DNA of 64,000 nt from Isurus oxyrinchus (GCA_026770705.1 JANJGN010001184.1:62001-126000); one strand, 5' to 3'. Numbered from the stretch's first letter, positions 12,820 through 26,534 are shown. Notes: a model not told the origin generated them from the sequence alone. Numbers and translations are program-made.

Positions 12820-13720
12820 AGGGGTGGTACGAAAGTATAATAATTTGCTTAATATGTTCCTGGTTTGTTGTAAACTAGGTTTATGGGTGTGAGTGTAGAT
12901 GGGTCTGTCTGTGTGGTTTAATTACATCTGGAGTCAGGTAGACTTCAAGCTTGAGATTATCAAAAGAAGCTAGATGTAGAAATGTACTTGAAATGCTAAT
13001 GAGTGAACATGGAGGCTGTGTTAGCATGTAAGGTGTGAAGGGGTTGATTAGATTTCAAAGGGATGCTGGTCTGTTTAGGACAAGCCCAATAAGCAAAGCT
13101 AAGGAGTTTTTTTTTTAATTTTACCCAAACTTCATTGACAATATTGGCAGCATGAAAGTTTATATTATGGGAAAGGTACAGTTCCAAAGAATTTACACTT
13201 CAAAGAGAGAGAAACATGTATAAAGGAGAATGAAAGGCTATGTTGGGGGCCATGTAAGATCTAACAGGAGTGTGTGAAACAGGCTTGAAGAAGCCTCCAG
13301 GCAATTGTGCATAAGTCTGTTATGTTCAGTAAATAAAGTTGGAGAAATCCATTTAGAATTCCAGTGTCAAGTGTGTGCTGTGTTAACTCGCTGGGTTTGT
13401 TTTTAATCTAAAATCTTATTTTGGACTGTTGCCTTAAACAGGCTCTGTAACTGGGAGTCAGGTTAATTAGGAATTTGAGAATTTATTTTAGCTGTAACTA
13501 ACCGTGGTATTATGTCTGTGCTTGAAATCTTTTATTTTGTTAATAAATATCTTAATCCAATTTTTAAAATCTCTAAAGGTTGTGGTCAACTCATTACTCC
13601 TGAATTCAGTGCACGCTTCTTGTAATAAATACAAATTGCAAAACTATTGTGATAGCATGACCAATTCTCCATTGTGGATTTGGAGCACCAAGCACACATC
13701 ATCTGCCATGTCATGTCACA
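12820..13720 (+). mobile_element. LTR-like interspersed repeat downstream of the gene A stop
   Basis: Reverse-complement homologue at 59398-60323 and fragment at 43668-43940; contains several AATAAA. Confidence 0.55.
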
Positions 13721-13724
13721 GGGA

Positions 13725-14800
13725 AAACTCTCCACTCGTTGGATTCATACCAAGTACAAAGGAAGGTGGTTGTGGTTGTTGGAGGTCAGTCATCTCAGTT
13801 CCAGGACATCACTGCAGGAGTTGCTCAGTGTAGTGTCCTAGGCCCAACCATCTTCAGCTGCTTCATCAATGACATTCATTCTATCAGATGGTCAGAATTA
13901 TGGATGGTCGCTGATGATTGCACAACGTTCAACATCATTCATGACTCATCAGATGCTGAAGCAGTCCATGTCCAAATGCAGCAAGACCTGGACAATATCC
14001 AGGCTTGGCCTGACAAGTGGCAAGTAACATTCATGCCACACAAGTGCCAGGCAATGACCATCTCCAACCAGAGAGAATATATCCATCTCCCCTTAATGTC
14101 CAATGGCATCACCATTGCTGAATCCCCCACTATCAACACGCTGGGAGTTAACATTGACTAGAAACTGAACTGGACTAGACATATAAATACTGTGACTACA
14201 AGAGCAGGCCAGAGGCTGGGAATCCTGTGGTGAGTAACTCACCTCCTGACTCCCCAAAGCCTGTCCACCAACCTCAAGGCACAGGTCAGAAGTGATGGAA
14301 TACTCTCCACTTTCCTAGATGAGTCCAGCTCCAACAACACTCAAGAAGCTCGACACCGTCCAGGACAAAGCAGCCCCGCTTGATATGCGCCCCGTCCACA
14401 AACATTCTCTCCCTCTACAACTGACGCACAGTGGCAGCAGGGTGTGTACCATCTACAAGATGCAACGCAGGGAGTCACCAAGCCTCCTTAGACAGCACCT
14501 TCCAAACACATGATCACTACCATCTAGAAGGACAAGGGCAGCAGACACATGGGCACACCACCACCTGGAAGTTCCCCTCCAAGTCACTCACCATTCTGAC
14601 TTGGAAATATATCACCGTTCCTTCACTGTCGCTGGGTCAGAAACCTGCAACTCCCTCCCAAACAGTTCTGTGGGTGTACGTACACAACAGGGACTGCAGC
14701 AGCTCAGGAAGGCAGCTCACCCCCATATTCTCAAGGACAATTAGGGATGGGCAATAAATTCTGGCCTAGCCAGTGTCAGTGAATGAATACAAAAAAGAAG
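13725..14800 (+). mobile_element. CR1-like LINE, RT C-terminal part and 3' end, decayed
   Basis: GVAQCSVLGPTIFSCFINDI..MVADDCT (from PQGSVLGP..FADD); A-rich tail. Confidence 0.88.
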
Positions 14801-16559
14801 CAATTAAAATGCCCTGACATTTCTGTACATTTTTATCAAATTAAATACGTACTCTAGTGAATAATTTCATTCTCCAAGGCACCACTTCCTGTTGTCACAT
14901 GTCCTTCTGATTATTTAAATTCCTGTGTCATTGGTAATGGAACATTCCCATGTAAACATGTCACACTGTAATTACAGCCTCCTGCCAGTGGTGGTGCTTT
15001 AGTGTCCTAGTTTTGCTTCTCAGAGACTGGACGAGCTGGAAACGTTGTGTTTACAATATAAGTAACACTCAGGAGTGACCAGGGGGATTCTTTTGGCCAA
15101 GTTTACGATGTTGCTAAGATACAATGGCCCCCTGGGATTTTTCCTACTGCGTTTACAAGGTTGAATTGAAGAGATTTTTGAAGTGTCTGGCACAGTTTTA
15201 TTAAGGTCCCCTCACACCCAATCTGGTGTCACTGGGTTCAGTTCTGAGTCCAGCAGCTTAGGAAGGATATATTGTCCTTGGAGGGGGTGCTGTGCAGAGT
15301 CACCAGAACGATCCCGGGGCTGAAAGGGTTAAATCCCGAGGACAGGTTGCACAGACCAGGCTTGTGTTCCCTCGAGTCTCGAAGATTAAGGGGTGATCTA
15401 ATCGAGGGGTTTAAGATGAGCCGTCTCTGTGACCTTCTTCAACCCTGTGAGTCAGCAATGACAACATGAGTTGATGTTAGCCTGATATGTAGTGCATGGA
15501 GGGATATTACTCTCCAGGGTGTGTGTGCATCACAGTGCTCATTCACATGTGTTCCATGTGCACCTACATCAGCTGTGTAGACATACAAGCCTCAATGCTG
15601 CATCCGGGGAATGTACCATGTCTCACACCTTAGCTGCAGCACGACCCTTCCCTTGGAGCTCTGTGTGCTCGAGACATATTTTGTTCTTTTTTCCTGCCGT
15701 CTCTGTGTCCCCCGACCCGGGAGTGAAAATCCGGCCTTAACTTCCACTTTCTAGTGTCTGAGACAAGAGGCAATGAGTGAGTGGGCTGACAGTCAGGATT
15801 AATGCTGTTAATCTGTGTTTGAGGGGCTGTGAATTCTCGGGGGACTAGTTACTCTCTGAGCAGCAGCTTCCAATTCCTTATTTGATGCCGTGCATGTGGG
15901 GTTGGAAGATTTTTTTTAAAACACAGGCAGTTCACAGAAACCCACAGGAAACCCACAGAGAGACAGTCACTGAGAAAGTCACTCACTCCTTGTGGTTTCA
16001 CCTTTTAACCACATCCTGTCTGTGTGGCTTAAATGTTAAACACAGTGGCCACACTCAGGGAGGTTTCACTCTGTNNNNNNNNNNNNNNNNNNNNNNNNNN
16101 NNNNNNNNNNNNNNNNNNNNNNNNNNNNNNNNNNNNNNNNNNNNNNNNNNNNNNNNNNNNNNNNNNNNNNNNNNNNNNNNNNNNNNNNNNNNNNNNNNNN
16201 NNNNNNNNNNNNNNNNNNNNNNNNNNNNNNNNNNNNNNNNNNNNNNNNNNNNNNNNNNNNGACATACACATGCTCACACACATACACAAACACACATACA
16301 CACGCTCACACACTTACAGACAGACACANNNNNNNNNNNNNNNNNNNNNNNNNNNNNNNNNNNNNNNNNNNNNNNNNNNNNNNNNNNNNNNNNNNNNNNN
16401 NNNNNNNNNNNNNNNNNNNNNNNNNNNNNNNNNNNNNNNNNNNNNNNNNNNNNNNNNNNNNNNNNNNNNNNNNNNNNNNAGACAGACACAAACACACTCA
16501 CATTCTCACACACACACAGACACTCACTTACACACACCCAAACACACACCCAAAGATAA

Positions 16560-17400
16560 TATCCTGACAGCAAACTGTGATTTAGAGCTTCCTACAACTT
16601 AACTAACTGACCAAAGATGTATTGAACTGTCTAAAAGTGACCTGTTTTGCAAAGAAATACAAGATTGTACACAGATCAAAAATGGCTGACACAAGTCATC
16701 TGATAGCTGATACTGTGAAGTTGATCACTTCTCTGGAAAAGTTCAAATGAATTGCACTGCAGACCTGTTGCAGGAAGGTCACGCCTGGGGTGTGTCAGGG
16801 TTCACTGCAAACAGGGACACTCTTAAAAGGAAGGCATTAAAATGCAAAGTGCTGGACTTTGAGCAGCTGTAGTTCTATCAAAACAGTGGGAACTGCTCAC
16901 CAAGCGGATAATCATCAGCCATTCAAAACCCCCTGTGGAGGATGCAATATCCCCATCTCTTGTTGATTTATATCTTGAAATGCATCAAATGTTTTGGAGA
17001 TGCAAAGATAAAAAACGTGAATACTTGGCCTTTAACAATGAATGCAAAACATACTGTTTGAATTCCCTTCAGGAATATACAGACAGGAGTTTAACAAATG
17101 GTTCTGCCAAGCAGATATAAGAGAAAGGAGGAGGAAAAAGAAATATGGCAGTCATCTAAAAACCCTGCTAGAAAAGAACAGAAATGATTTCTCCCTCTCT
17201 CCCTGTCTCTCTCTCTCTCTCTCTCTCGCACCTTCTTTCTCTCTCTCTGTCTGAAGCTAACAGAGTGTCTTCAATAATGTGCAAGTCTGAGCCAGATGAA
17301 ATACAGGATTCTACAGCAAACCAACTAATTTAAAACAGCTTCAAACTTCACAAACTATGCTGCAGTATAATAACTCTTTGATTTTTTTTTAATTGGGCTC
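16560..17400. mobile_element. LTR-like repeat, duplicated at 19360-20160
   Basis: Long direct similarity between the two blocks (agagcttcct..gatcaaaaatggctg..ccaagcagatataagagaaag). Confidence 0.5.
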
Positions 17401-17424
17401 CATAATTATTTTACCTCTGATATC

Positions 17425-17485
<61 letters not shown>

Positions 17486-17745
17486 CTTCCTGTGTGAGCG
17501 TGTGTGTGTGTCTGTGCCTGTCTGTGTGTGGGTGTCAGTGTGGTGTGTGTCTGTGCTTGTCTGTGTTTGTGTGCGTTTGTGTGTGTATGCGTGTGCACCT
17601 GTGTGTCTGTGTGTGTGGGCCTGTGTGTGAGTGTGTGTATGTGTGCCTGTGTGTGAGCGTGTGTATGTGTGCCTGTGTGTGAGCGTGTGTATGTGTGCCT
17701 GTGTGTGAGCGAGTGTATGTGTGCCTGTGTGTGAGCGTGTGTATG
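17425..17745. repeat. (TG)n microsatellite and 24-bp TG-rich repeat
   Basis: Direct reading. Confidence 0.9.
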
Positions 17746-20629
17746 ACTTGTTATGGAAATTGCATTTGGGGGAAACTATATTTTAAACCCTTTTTGCAAC
17801 CAACCATGGGGGTTGAATAGAAAGGGAGCCAGTTCACTGCCCGTCACCCAGTTGTAACAACATTCACACACACACACACTCTCACACACACACTCTCACA
17901 CACACACATTCACACACACCCACATCCACTTACCCACACACAAACACACACAAACAAAGATAATGTCCCAATGACAGGAAACTGTGACTGAGTGACAGCA
18001 AGTCAGGAATATATAATAATCTCCATAATGTTATTGGAATTTATTGTAAAATAGAGTCCATGTGTCTGTGTCCACATGTGTCTGTGATGTGTTTGTGTGA
18101 GACTTATTGGAATTAGAGGAAGCTGGTCTGGGTGTTTTGATGGAAGAAGAGAAGTTAGGTTTGAACTGTTTATTAGGTAAACATGGGGAAGTTTTAGAAT
18201 GTGAAGTGTAAAGGGGGCAATTTGCATTTTAAGTTAAACCAAACGAGATTGTTTTCAAAGAAGGAGAGAAATGTGTCACCGAGCCAGGTGAAGATAAGAA
18301 ACAGGGTGTTTATTTTTGCCAAAGATTACTGGTAAAACTTAGGGCTATGAGAGATTTGTATTATTACAAAGATAAAGTCCAAAGACATAGTGAAACAATG
18401 GGAATTTGCATTCAAAGGGGAAAATATGTATCAAGGAGTGAAGACTGTGTGTAAGGGTCGGTGTTTTTAAGATCTTACAATGATGAAAAGCCTTCAGCCT
18501 GCATGTACCAAGCTGCTGCCTCCAGGGACTGAAGTTAAGAGAATTCACTTTGAACTCAACTGTTCAGCGTATCGTTTACTGTTCCTGGGACATTTAAAAT
18601 CTCTGTCTTTTACTGTTGCCTTAACAGAGATAACAGAGCGTCTTCAACAAAATGCAAATCTGAATCAAATAACCACCAGGATGCCACAGGTAACCAATTA
18701 ACTTTGAACAGCTGCAAACTTCAGCAATCTACGCCTCAAAGACAAGCAAAGGTATTAATCATATATTCTTTCAAATTTTTGTCGGACTCTAACTTTTTAA
18801 TTCTGACGTGTGTAAATGGAAGTTAAATTAATTAAGGGATTTAGAAGTTATTATAGTAGTAATTTATAGACAGATGTGTATGCTTAAAAATCATTTTTTC
18901 TTGTTAATCAATGTTTAATTTAGTTTTATAAAATCCTCTCACACCGAAAAAAGGGTGAACTCTATTGTAAAGTGTTCTGGGACATCCAGAGACCATGCTG
19001 TACAGAAGAGATTTGACAGGAGCAGCAAGTGTTTTACTTACAGGAGAATGAGTCCCCAGGGTTGTAGAGTCAATCCTGTCAGATGAATGACTAACTGGAG
19101 ACACTTCAGGGAGCTGATCTAATTCTGGAAATGTTCAGTTTACCAGGATCGGAAGAGAGATGATCTCCCTCTCCTGACTGTATCAGACAAGTGGTGAACC
19201 TGTTGAGGTGAACAGAATTACCTGTTAAACCTCTTAACCTCATTACTACTGAATTCAAAGCCCACATCTCAAAACATACAAGTTGGAAATTAGTTGTGAC
19301 AGTTGTTTCAAGTTTCCCTCCAGGATTTGAACAGCTCAGCATTTACCATCTGTTATGTCATAACAGAGCTTCCTTCAACTTAACCAACAAGCCAAAAATG
19401 TATTGAACTGTTTAAAGGAGACCTGTTTTTCAAAAGTACAAGATTAGGCTCTGATCAAAAATGGCTGTCACGAGTCACCTGATTGCTGATACTGCAAACT
19501 TGATCACTTCTCTGGAAACCTTCAAATGAATTGCACTACAGACATGTTGCATGAAGGTTCTCACTGAGATGTGTCAGGGTCCACTTGAAACTGGGACTCC
19601 CTTAAAAATGCAAAGTGCTGGGCTTTGATCACTGTAGGTCTATCAAGATAATGGGAACTGCTCACCAAGCAGATATTCATCAATCATTCAAAACCCCTTG
19701 TGGAGGATGAAATGTCTCCATCTCCTGTTGATTTATATCTTGAAATGCATCAAATGTTTCAGAGATGCAAAGATCAAAAAATGGGATTACTTGGTCTGTA
19801 ACAATGAATGCAAGACATGCTGATCGAATTCCCTTTTGGGAATATACAGACAGGAGTTTAGCAACAGGTTCTGTCAAGCAGATATAAGAGAAAGTAGGAG
19901 GAAAATGAAAGATGGCAGTCACCCAAAAACACTGCTGGAAAAGAGCAGAAATTCTCTCTCTCTCTCTCTCTCTTTCTGAAGCTAACAGAGCATCTTCAAC
20001 AAGTCCAAATCTGAATCAAATCACCACAAGGATGCCACAGGAAACCAATCAACTTTGCAAACTTCAACAATCTACACCTCGAAGACAAGCAAAGCTATCA
20101 ATCATATATTCATTTAAATTTTTATTGGACTCTAACTTTTTATTTCTGACATGTGTGTGTGTGTGGCTGTCTCTCTGCCTGTCTGTGTGAGCATGAGTGT
20201 GTCTGCCTGCGCGAGCGTGTGTCAGTGTGAACATATGTGAGTGTGTGTGTGTGTCTGAGTGAGTCTATNNNNNNNNNNNNNNNNNNNNNNNNNNNNNNNN
20301 NNNNNNNNNNNNNNNNNNNNNNNNNNNNNNNNNNNNNNNNNNNNNNNNNNNNNNNNNNNNNNNNNNNNNNNNNNNNNNNNNNNNNNNNNNNNNNNNNNNN
20401 NNNNNNNNNNNNNNNNNNNNNNNNNNNNNNNNNTATTGTTGCATCTTAATTATTAATGTTATTTAAAAATAGTGATCACACAAGCCTGGTTTCTAAGGAA
20501 ATGAAACTGCCAACAATTTACAGTAAAGTGAAACGTACAGGAATAATCTATTTATTTTGAGCTGATGATATATAATTATACATGAGGCATGTTGTTAATT
20601 TCAAACATCATCTGAAATATGGCAGGTCT

Positions 20630-20920
20630 GACAGAGCAGCTTTCCCTCAGCGCTCACCCTCCGACAGTGCAGCACTCCCTCAGCACTGACCCTCCGACAG
20701 TGCAGCACTCCCTCAGTACTGACCCTCTGACAGTGCAGCACTCCCTCAGTACTGACCCTCCGACAGTTCAGCACTGCCTCAGTACTGACCCTTTGATCGA
20801 GCAGGGTCTCCCTCAGTACTGACCTCCTGACAGTGCAGCACTCCCTCAGTACTCACCCTCTGACAGTGCAGCACTCCCTCAATATTGACCTTCCAACAGT
20901 GCAGCACTCCCTCAGCACTC
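20630..20920 (-). repeat. 33-bp satellite, opposite orientation to the 9.3 kb array
   Basis: cagtgcagcactccctcagtactgaccctccga units. Confidence 0.9.
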
Positions 20921-22029
20921 CCTCACTGGGGAGAGTCCATCTGGGTTTTGAGCTGTAACCTTGAGATGGTTTGAAAACCCCAACCTGCTGTCTTGGAGAG
21001 AGAGAGAGAGAGAGTGAGTGCGTGTGTGAGAAAGAGAGACAATGTGTGTGTGAGAGAGTGACAGTGCGTATGTGTGCGAGAGAGAAGGACAGAGAGAAAG
21101 AGAAAATGTGTGAGAGAGCAAAAGAGAGGTAGAGTGTGTGTGCATGAGAGAGAGAGGTAGCTGAATTGTGTGAGAGAGAGAGTGTGTGTGAGAGAAAGGG
21201 AATGTTTGTGTTAGAGAGAGAGCTTATGTGTGAGAGAGAAAGATAGAGAGAGAATCTGTGTGTGTTAGATAGTGTGTGTGTGAAAGAGAGAGTGTGTATG
21301 TGAGAGAGCGTGTGCATGAGAGCGTGTGTGTGTGTGTTTGAGAGAGAGGGTGTATGTGTTTGAGAGAGGGAGTGTGCGAGAGAGGGTGTGCGTGTTTGAG
21401 AGGGAGTGTGTGTTTAAAAGAATGAACAAGAGAAAATGTGTGTGTGTGTGTGTGTGAGTGTGTGTGTGTGTTTGTGTGTGTGTGTGTATGTGTGTGCATT
21501 CTGACTGAGTCGAGTTCACAGTTTCACACGTTGCTAGGGACCACTTTTCCACCTCTCTGTCAGACTGTGTGTATCTGACAGCAGGTCAGGCAGAAATAGT
21601 CCAGAATGCGCTGTGGTTTTGCAGCATTGAAACAACGACAGGAACTAAATGAGTGCTGCACCAAATAAAGACATGGAGTGACCACACCAAAAAACCACGT
21701 GACTTCCCCAGTTTCACATCTCCCTCAAACACAGAAAAACTGGGTTAACACTGACCCTCCTCCCAGAGCCAGTTCACCTCGTGTCCGATGCAGTCAGGAG
21801 AGGAAGATCATCTCTCCTCCGATCCTGCTAAACTGAACATTTCCAGAATTAGATCAGCTCCCTGAAGTGTCTCCAGTTAGACATTCATCTGACAGGATTG
21901 ACTCTACAACCCTGGGGACTCATTCTCCTGTAAGTAAAACACTTGCTGCTCCTGTCAAATCTCTTCTGTATAGCATGGTCTCTGGATGTACCAGAACACT
22001 TTACAGTTGAGTTCACCCTTTTTTTGAAG

Positions 22030-22250
22030 TGTGGTTACTGTTGTAATGTAGGAAACGCAGCAGCCAATTAGCGCACAGCAAGCTCCCACAAACAGCAATG
22101 TGATCACCTGTTTTTGGTGATGTTGGTTGAGGGATAAATATTGGTGCCAGGACACCGGGGAGAATTCCCCCTTGCTCTTCCTCCAAATAGTGGCTGTGGG
22201 ATCTTTCACACCCGCCCGAGAGGGCAGACGGGGGACTCGGTTTAGTGTCT
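22030..22250 (-). mobile_element. Deu-domain SINE relic (SacSINE1/DeuSINE-like)
   Basis: Reverse complement reads aaaccgag..ccgtctgccctctc..aaagatccc..agagcaagggg..ccccggtgtcctgg..atatttatccctcaaccaacatc; family recalled from memory. Confidence 0.7.
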
Positions 22251-23479
22251 AATATTGGACTAATCTCCAGGCGAGGTTGGCTGGATGGATTATTGACAAG
22301 GTCCATTCACCCTGTAAAGAGTTTCTCTGGTTTGAAATACCCGATCAAACATCGAGTTCTGTGTCTAAACTTTGTGTTGAAAAGACACCTTTCCAGCTCT
22401 TCACCTGCCATTAGGTTGTTGAGTCTTCACATGCTCCGTCTGTCCGTGGCCAACCCCTCTTATCTCATCCTTTCCTTGTCGTACATCGAGCTGTTCATCC
22501 TGACGGGTTCCCTCCTTCCCAGTAACACTCCATCTCCAACATCAAACTAACTCCCAACACGTTGATGAATTGTATGGATTCCAGCGTCAGTTGGTTCTGT
22601 CTGAGGCTGTTTCTCTGATCGGGGACCGAGCTGTTCTGAACGGACATTGTGTTCAGCAGTTCTTATTGCAGATCAGGCTGTTCAACCAATGCTGCTGTTC
22701 ACTGAGGTGACTCCGATTCTACATTCACACATTAATGATCTCATGTCCAGCAGCAAACATCTGAATGAAGCCAGGTTCAAGAAAAAACCCAGCTGCTTGA
22801 TCCGACAGTTATCTGTTCAGGCATGGCCCCTTGTTCCAAATAACAAACATTATTTAAAAATAGTCATCACATGAGCCTGGTTAACAAGGAAATGAAACCA
22901 TGAACAATTTGCAGTGAAGTGAAACGTACAGGACAATCTATTTATATAGAGCTGATGATTTATTTTACACGAGACATGTTGCTAATTTCAAACATCATCC
23001 GAACTATGGCAGTTCTGACAGTGCAGCACTTCCTCAGTACTGACCCTTTGACAGTGCAGCACTCCCCCAGTACTGACCCACTGACAGTGCAGCACTCCCT
23101 TGGGACTGAATCCAGAGATACAAGGAAGAGACTGAAGAGCTGACGATTCAGCTGAATTTAAAAACAGAGGCAGTTACAGAATCACAACAAGTTTACAGAG
23201 CAGAAGGAGGCCATTCAGCCCCTCGAGCCTGTTACACAGGAACTGGAGCGGCCATTCAGCCCCCTCGAGCCTGTTACACAGGAACAGGAGGAGGCCCATT
23301 CAGCCCCTCGAGACTGTTACACAGGAACAGGAAGAGGCAATTCAACCACATTCTTGACACCAAAGGGGTTACCAGTTTGCTTACGGTGGAAGACAGAGAG
23401 TTGGTTTCTCAAATTCACACAAACCAACTCACATTTTGACTCACAGAGACACATTCACCCTTTCTAATTAAATACACAG

Positions 23480-23564
23480 AGGGAGGAGCACAGGAAGAGG
23501 TCATTCAGCCCAAGCAGAGCGTGTGGGCAGTTCCTCCCCAGGCGAGCAGTCGGACAGGTCCTGG
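23480..23564 (+). other. Putative 5'UTR exon of gene B (85-nt block)
   Basis: cacag|AGGGAGG...TCCTGG|gtaagt; the leader exon downstream has an acceptor at 23996. Confidence 0.55.
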
Positions 23565-24036
23565 GTAAGTAACGGAACAATTGGAATTCACTTCCACCAC
23601 CAACACCGTCCTTTGTTGATGTTGTGACTTTATAAAGACAGATTCCAATGATTGATGCCTTTGAAAGATTTCTACTGTTTATTGAGATCTGGGTGTGAGG
23701 CTCAAGTCTGTCGTACAGAACATCTTTCTAGCTCAAGGGATGAGGAAAATGGGATGCCCTGAGCTGGTGAAAGGTGCTATAGAAATGCAAGCCCTTCATT
23801 GTTTTTCGAAAGGTGCTATAGAAATGCAAGCCCTTCATTGTTTTTCATTCTTAAAGCCTTTTAACTCTCTGCAGAACACCTATCATCCCACAGGAAATCA
23901 AATTAGTCTTTGAAGTCATTGTCTAAAAGGAGTTCTGATCTCTCGAGAGCTGTCGGACAAGAGGTGAGGTCTCATTAACTCCTTTCTCTTTCACAGTTTG
24001 AGAGTGAGAAGTGGATGGAATATCTGGGAGTGGACA

Positions 24037-24076
24037 ATGATCAGGAAATCTTACTTCCTCCTGTCACTTCTCCAAG
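24037..24076 (+). CDS. Gene B signal-peptide exon
   Basis: acaATG; MIRKSYFLLSLLQ-G|gtaat, phase 1; joins the V exon to give MIRKSYFLLSLLQVGLS/QEW. Confidence 0.85.
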
Positions 24077-25249
24077 GTAATATCATCATCAGATTTAATG
24101 TTAATAGTCTCTGTCAAGGATCATTCTTATTGAGCTGTGATTGGGAACCGATTCAGCAGTGATCCAGTGTACAAACACACACCAAGTCCCATTCACCCAT
24201 CACCCCTGTGCTCACTGATATACACTGACTCCCTGTGTGACAGCAGAATTGGAAGTGATCAGAGATCTCAGAGAGTTGTAGGGACTGGAGGACGTTACAA
24301 AGTTCAGCAGAATTGTAGCAGCGAGAGCAGGATCTTAAAATTCAGGTGCTGTCAGACGTTGGTCAGTGAGCGATGGGGAGTGATGGGTTGAGTAGAGAAG
24401 CAAAGATAAAAACTGGGGGATGAAGACTATCCTGCTGCGAGGTCTCCGATAGCAATGGCCTGAAATTTGTGTCCTTTGCTGCCTTTATTCAAAATTGTCC
24501 ATGAAGACAACACAGCAGCTCCTAGAATAGACAGGCTGTTCAGTGTCACACTTCCTGTCCATTCTCACCTTGCTAGATACTTCAATAAGGGAACAAGATA
24601 ACTGAAAGAGAGAAGGGAGGCAAAGCTGTCTGTGTGTAAAACTGTCAAATATTCTGAGTTATCATGAGTGTCTCTGATCTGCTGCAGAGTTTAAATCTCA
24701 CAGAATCTGAGCACTTTGCAGCTCAGAGAGAGACCATTGACTCACTGCCTGAAAGGCCGGTGGAAGCAGATTCAACAGGAACTTTCAGAAGGGGAACTGG
24801 ATAAATACTTGAAGGGAAATTTGCAGGGATGTGCGAAAGGTGCTGGAGAGGAATTGGGAAAGAGCCAGCACATGCACGATGGGTCAAATGAGCTCCTGCT
24901 GTGTTGTATCATTCAACAATCAGACAATTTAAGACCCTTGTCAGCAAATCTTCAGAATCCTGCTGAATCACAGATGTTTCAGAAGGACAGGGAACAAGAA
25001 GTTTCTGGTATCAGCGTTTTGTGTGGGGCCCAGTTCAGTTTGAACAAATAAACAACACCATCTTTGAAAGTCATGAACCCAACACAGGGGCACCTCCAAC
25101 ACATGCAGAGCTCAGGCTAGAGGCGCTTTGTTAGTGTGTTTCACAGTGTCTGCTGGAGTAGGGTCAGTGCTGAGCTTGGGGACAAGTCAGTCTACAATGC
25201 TGCATCGGAATCAACAATACAACAATATGGGGTTTAGATCAGAAATAAT

Positions 25250-25410
25250 CCCTTAGACAATGAGGATCCAAAGAGATTCCTTAGACAATGAGGATCCAAA
25301 GAGATTCCTTAGACAATGAGGATCCAAAGAGATTCCTCAGACAATGAGGATCCAAAGAGATTCCTTAGACAATGAGGGTCCAAAGTGATTCCTTAGACAA
25401 TGAAGATACA
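25250..25410. repeat. 28-bp tandem repeat, about 6 copies
   Basis: ccttagacaatgaggatccaaagagatt. Confidence 0.92.
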
Positions 25411-26165
25411 AAGTGCACCAATCAGATTGAACCAGATTAGCTAATCAGCTGTGTTGAAGGGCAAACAGGAATGTTAGGCTAATTAGTGATTCATGACGGT
25501 GATAATGGGGGGAGTTCTGAGGGCTCCTAATCCATTGTCCTGTCTTGTAAATCAGCACTGAATGGATCTCAATGGGTGGGTCTCGTAGACACTGTGTTGG
25601 GTGGAAGACTGGCTTCACTAAGGGGAAGCGGCAGTAGAGAGGCATTGTCACTGGGCTAGTATTCCAGAGGCCCAGGGTGATGCTCTGGGGCCCTGGGTGT
25701 AAATCCCATCACAGCAGATGAATGGGATTAAAAAGCCTGGTTCACTGATCCCCTTCAGGGAAGGAAATCTCCACCCTTACCGAGTCTGGCCTACATGTCA
25801 CTCCAAACCCACAGCAATACAATTGATTCTTAAATGCCTCTGATGGACATGGGATGGGTAATAAATGCTGGGCACATCCCATGAACGGATAATTTGAAAA
25901 AAACATGACTTGGAGACACTGTGTTGGGTGGAAGACAGGCTTCACTAAACAGGGTCCTGAGGACCATGAGCCAATGTAGAATGAACTTGTCCACTCCTGT
26001 GTCCAGGATTCTCTTCCATCCATTGTGAAACCTTGGGGAGATCCCTGTGTGTCCTGTAGATGGTCCACACTGCAGCCACTGTGCCCCAGTGATGGACGGG
26101 GTGGATATCGAGTCTAGTGGATCTACAAACCATCCAGAGTTAAATATTGATATTTCTCTCCCCAG

Positions 26166-26534
26166 TTGGACTGTCACAAGAATGGAAAGGTGACACTCCA
26201 CGAGAGGTGACAGCGCAGGAAGATTCGTGTGTACAGATTCCATGTCATTACAGTTATCCATCACATTTGGAAAGCCAACCACGAGTCGGAGTCTGGTTTA
26301 ATAATGAGAATCAGATTCCTGGATCTCCCATTGCCTTTCACTCCAAGGATCACAGTCACGAGTTACCACGGTTCCACCATCGGACCCGGCTGTCTGGAGA
26401 CCTGAAAGATGGCGACTGTTCCCTGATTATAAACAACATCAGACGGGAAGATGCAGGACCTTATTTCTTCAGGATAGAATTTGACAGCAGTAATAGTTAC
26501 AACTACTATCCTGTAACCCAGCTTCACGTTTCTG
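26166..26534 (+). CDS. Gene B Siglec-type V-set exon
   Basis: 369 nt, phase 1-1; N-terminal Trp, CVQIPC, GDCSL (B-E disulfide), YFFRIE with essential Arg. Confidence 0.93.

Noticed and set aside
22290-22760. Exon-like minus-strand segment starting MSVQNSSVPDQ
   Set aside because: Short, interrupted by stops, and no recognisable domain
25250-25410. CRISPR-like 28-bp repeats (also 42157)
   Set aside because: Head-to-tail with no spacers, vertebrate intron, no cas genes
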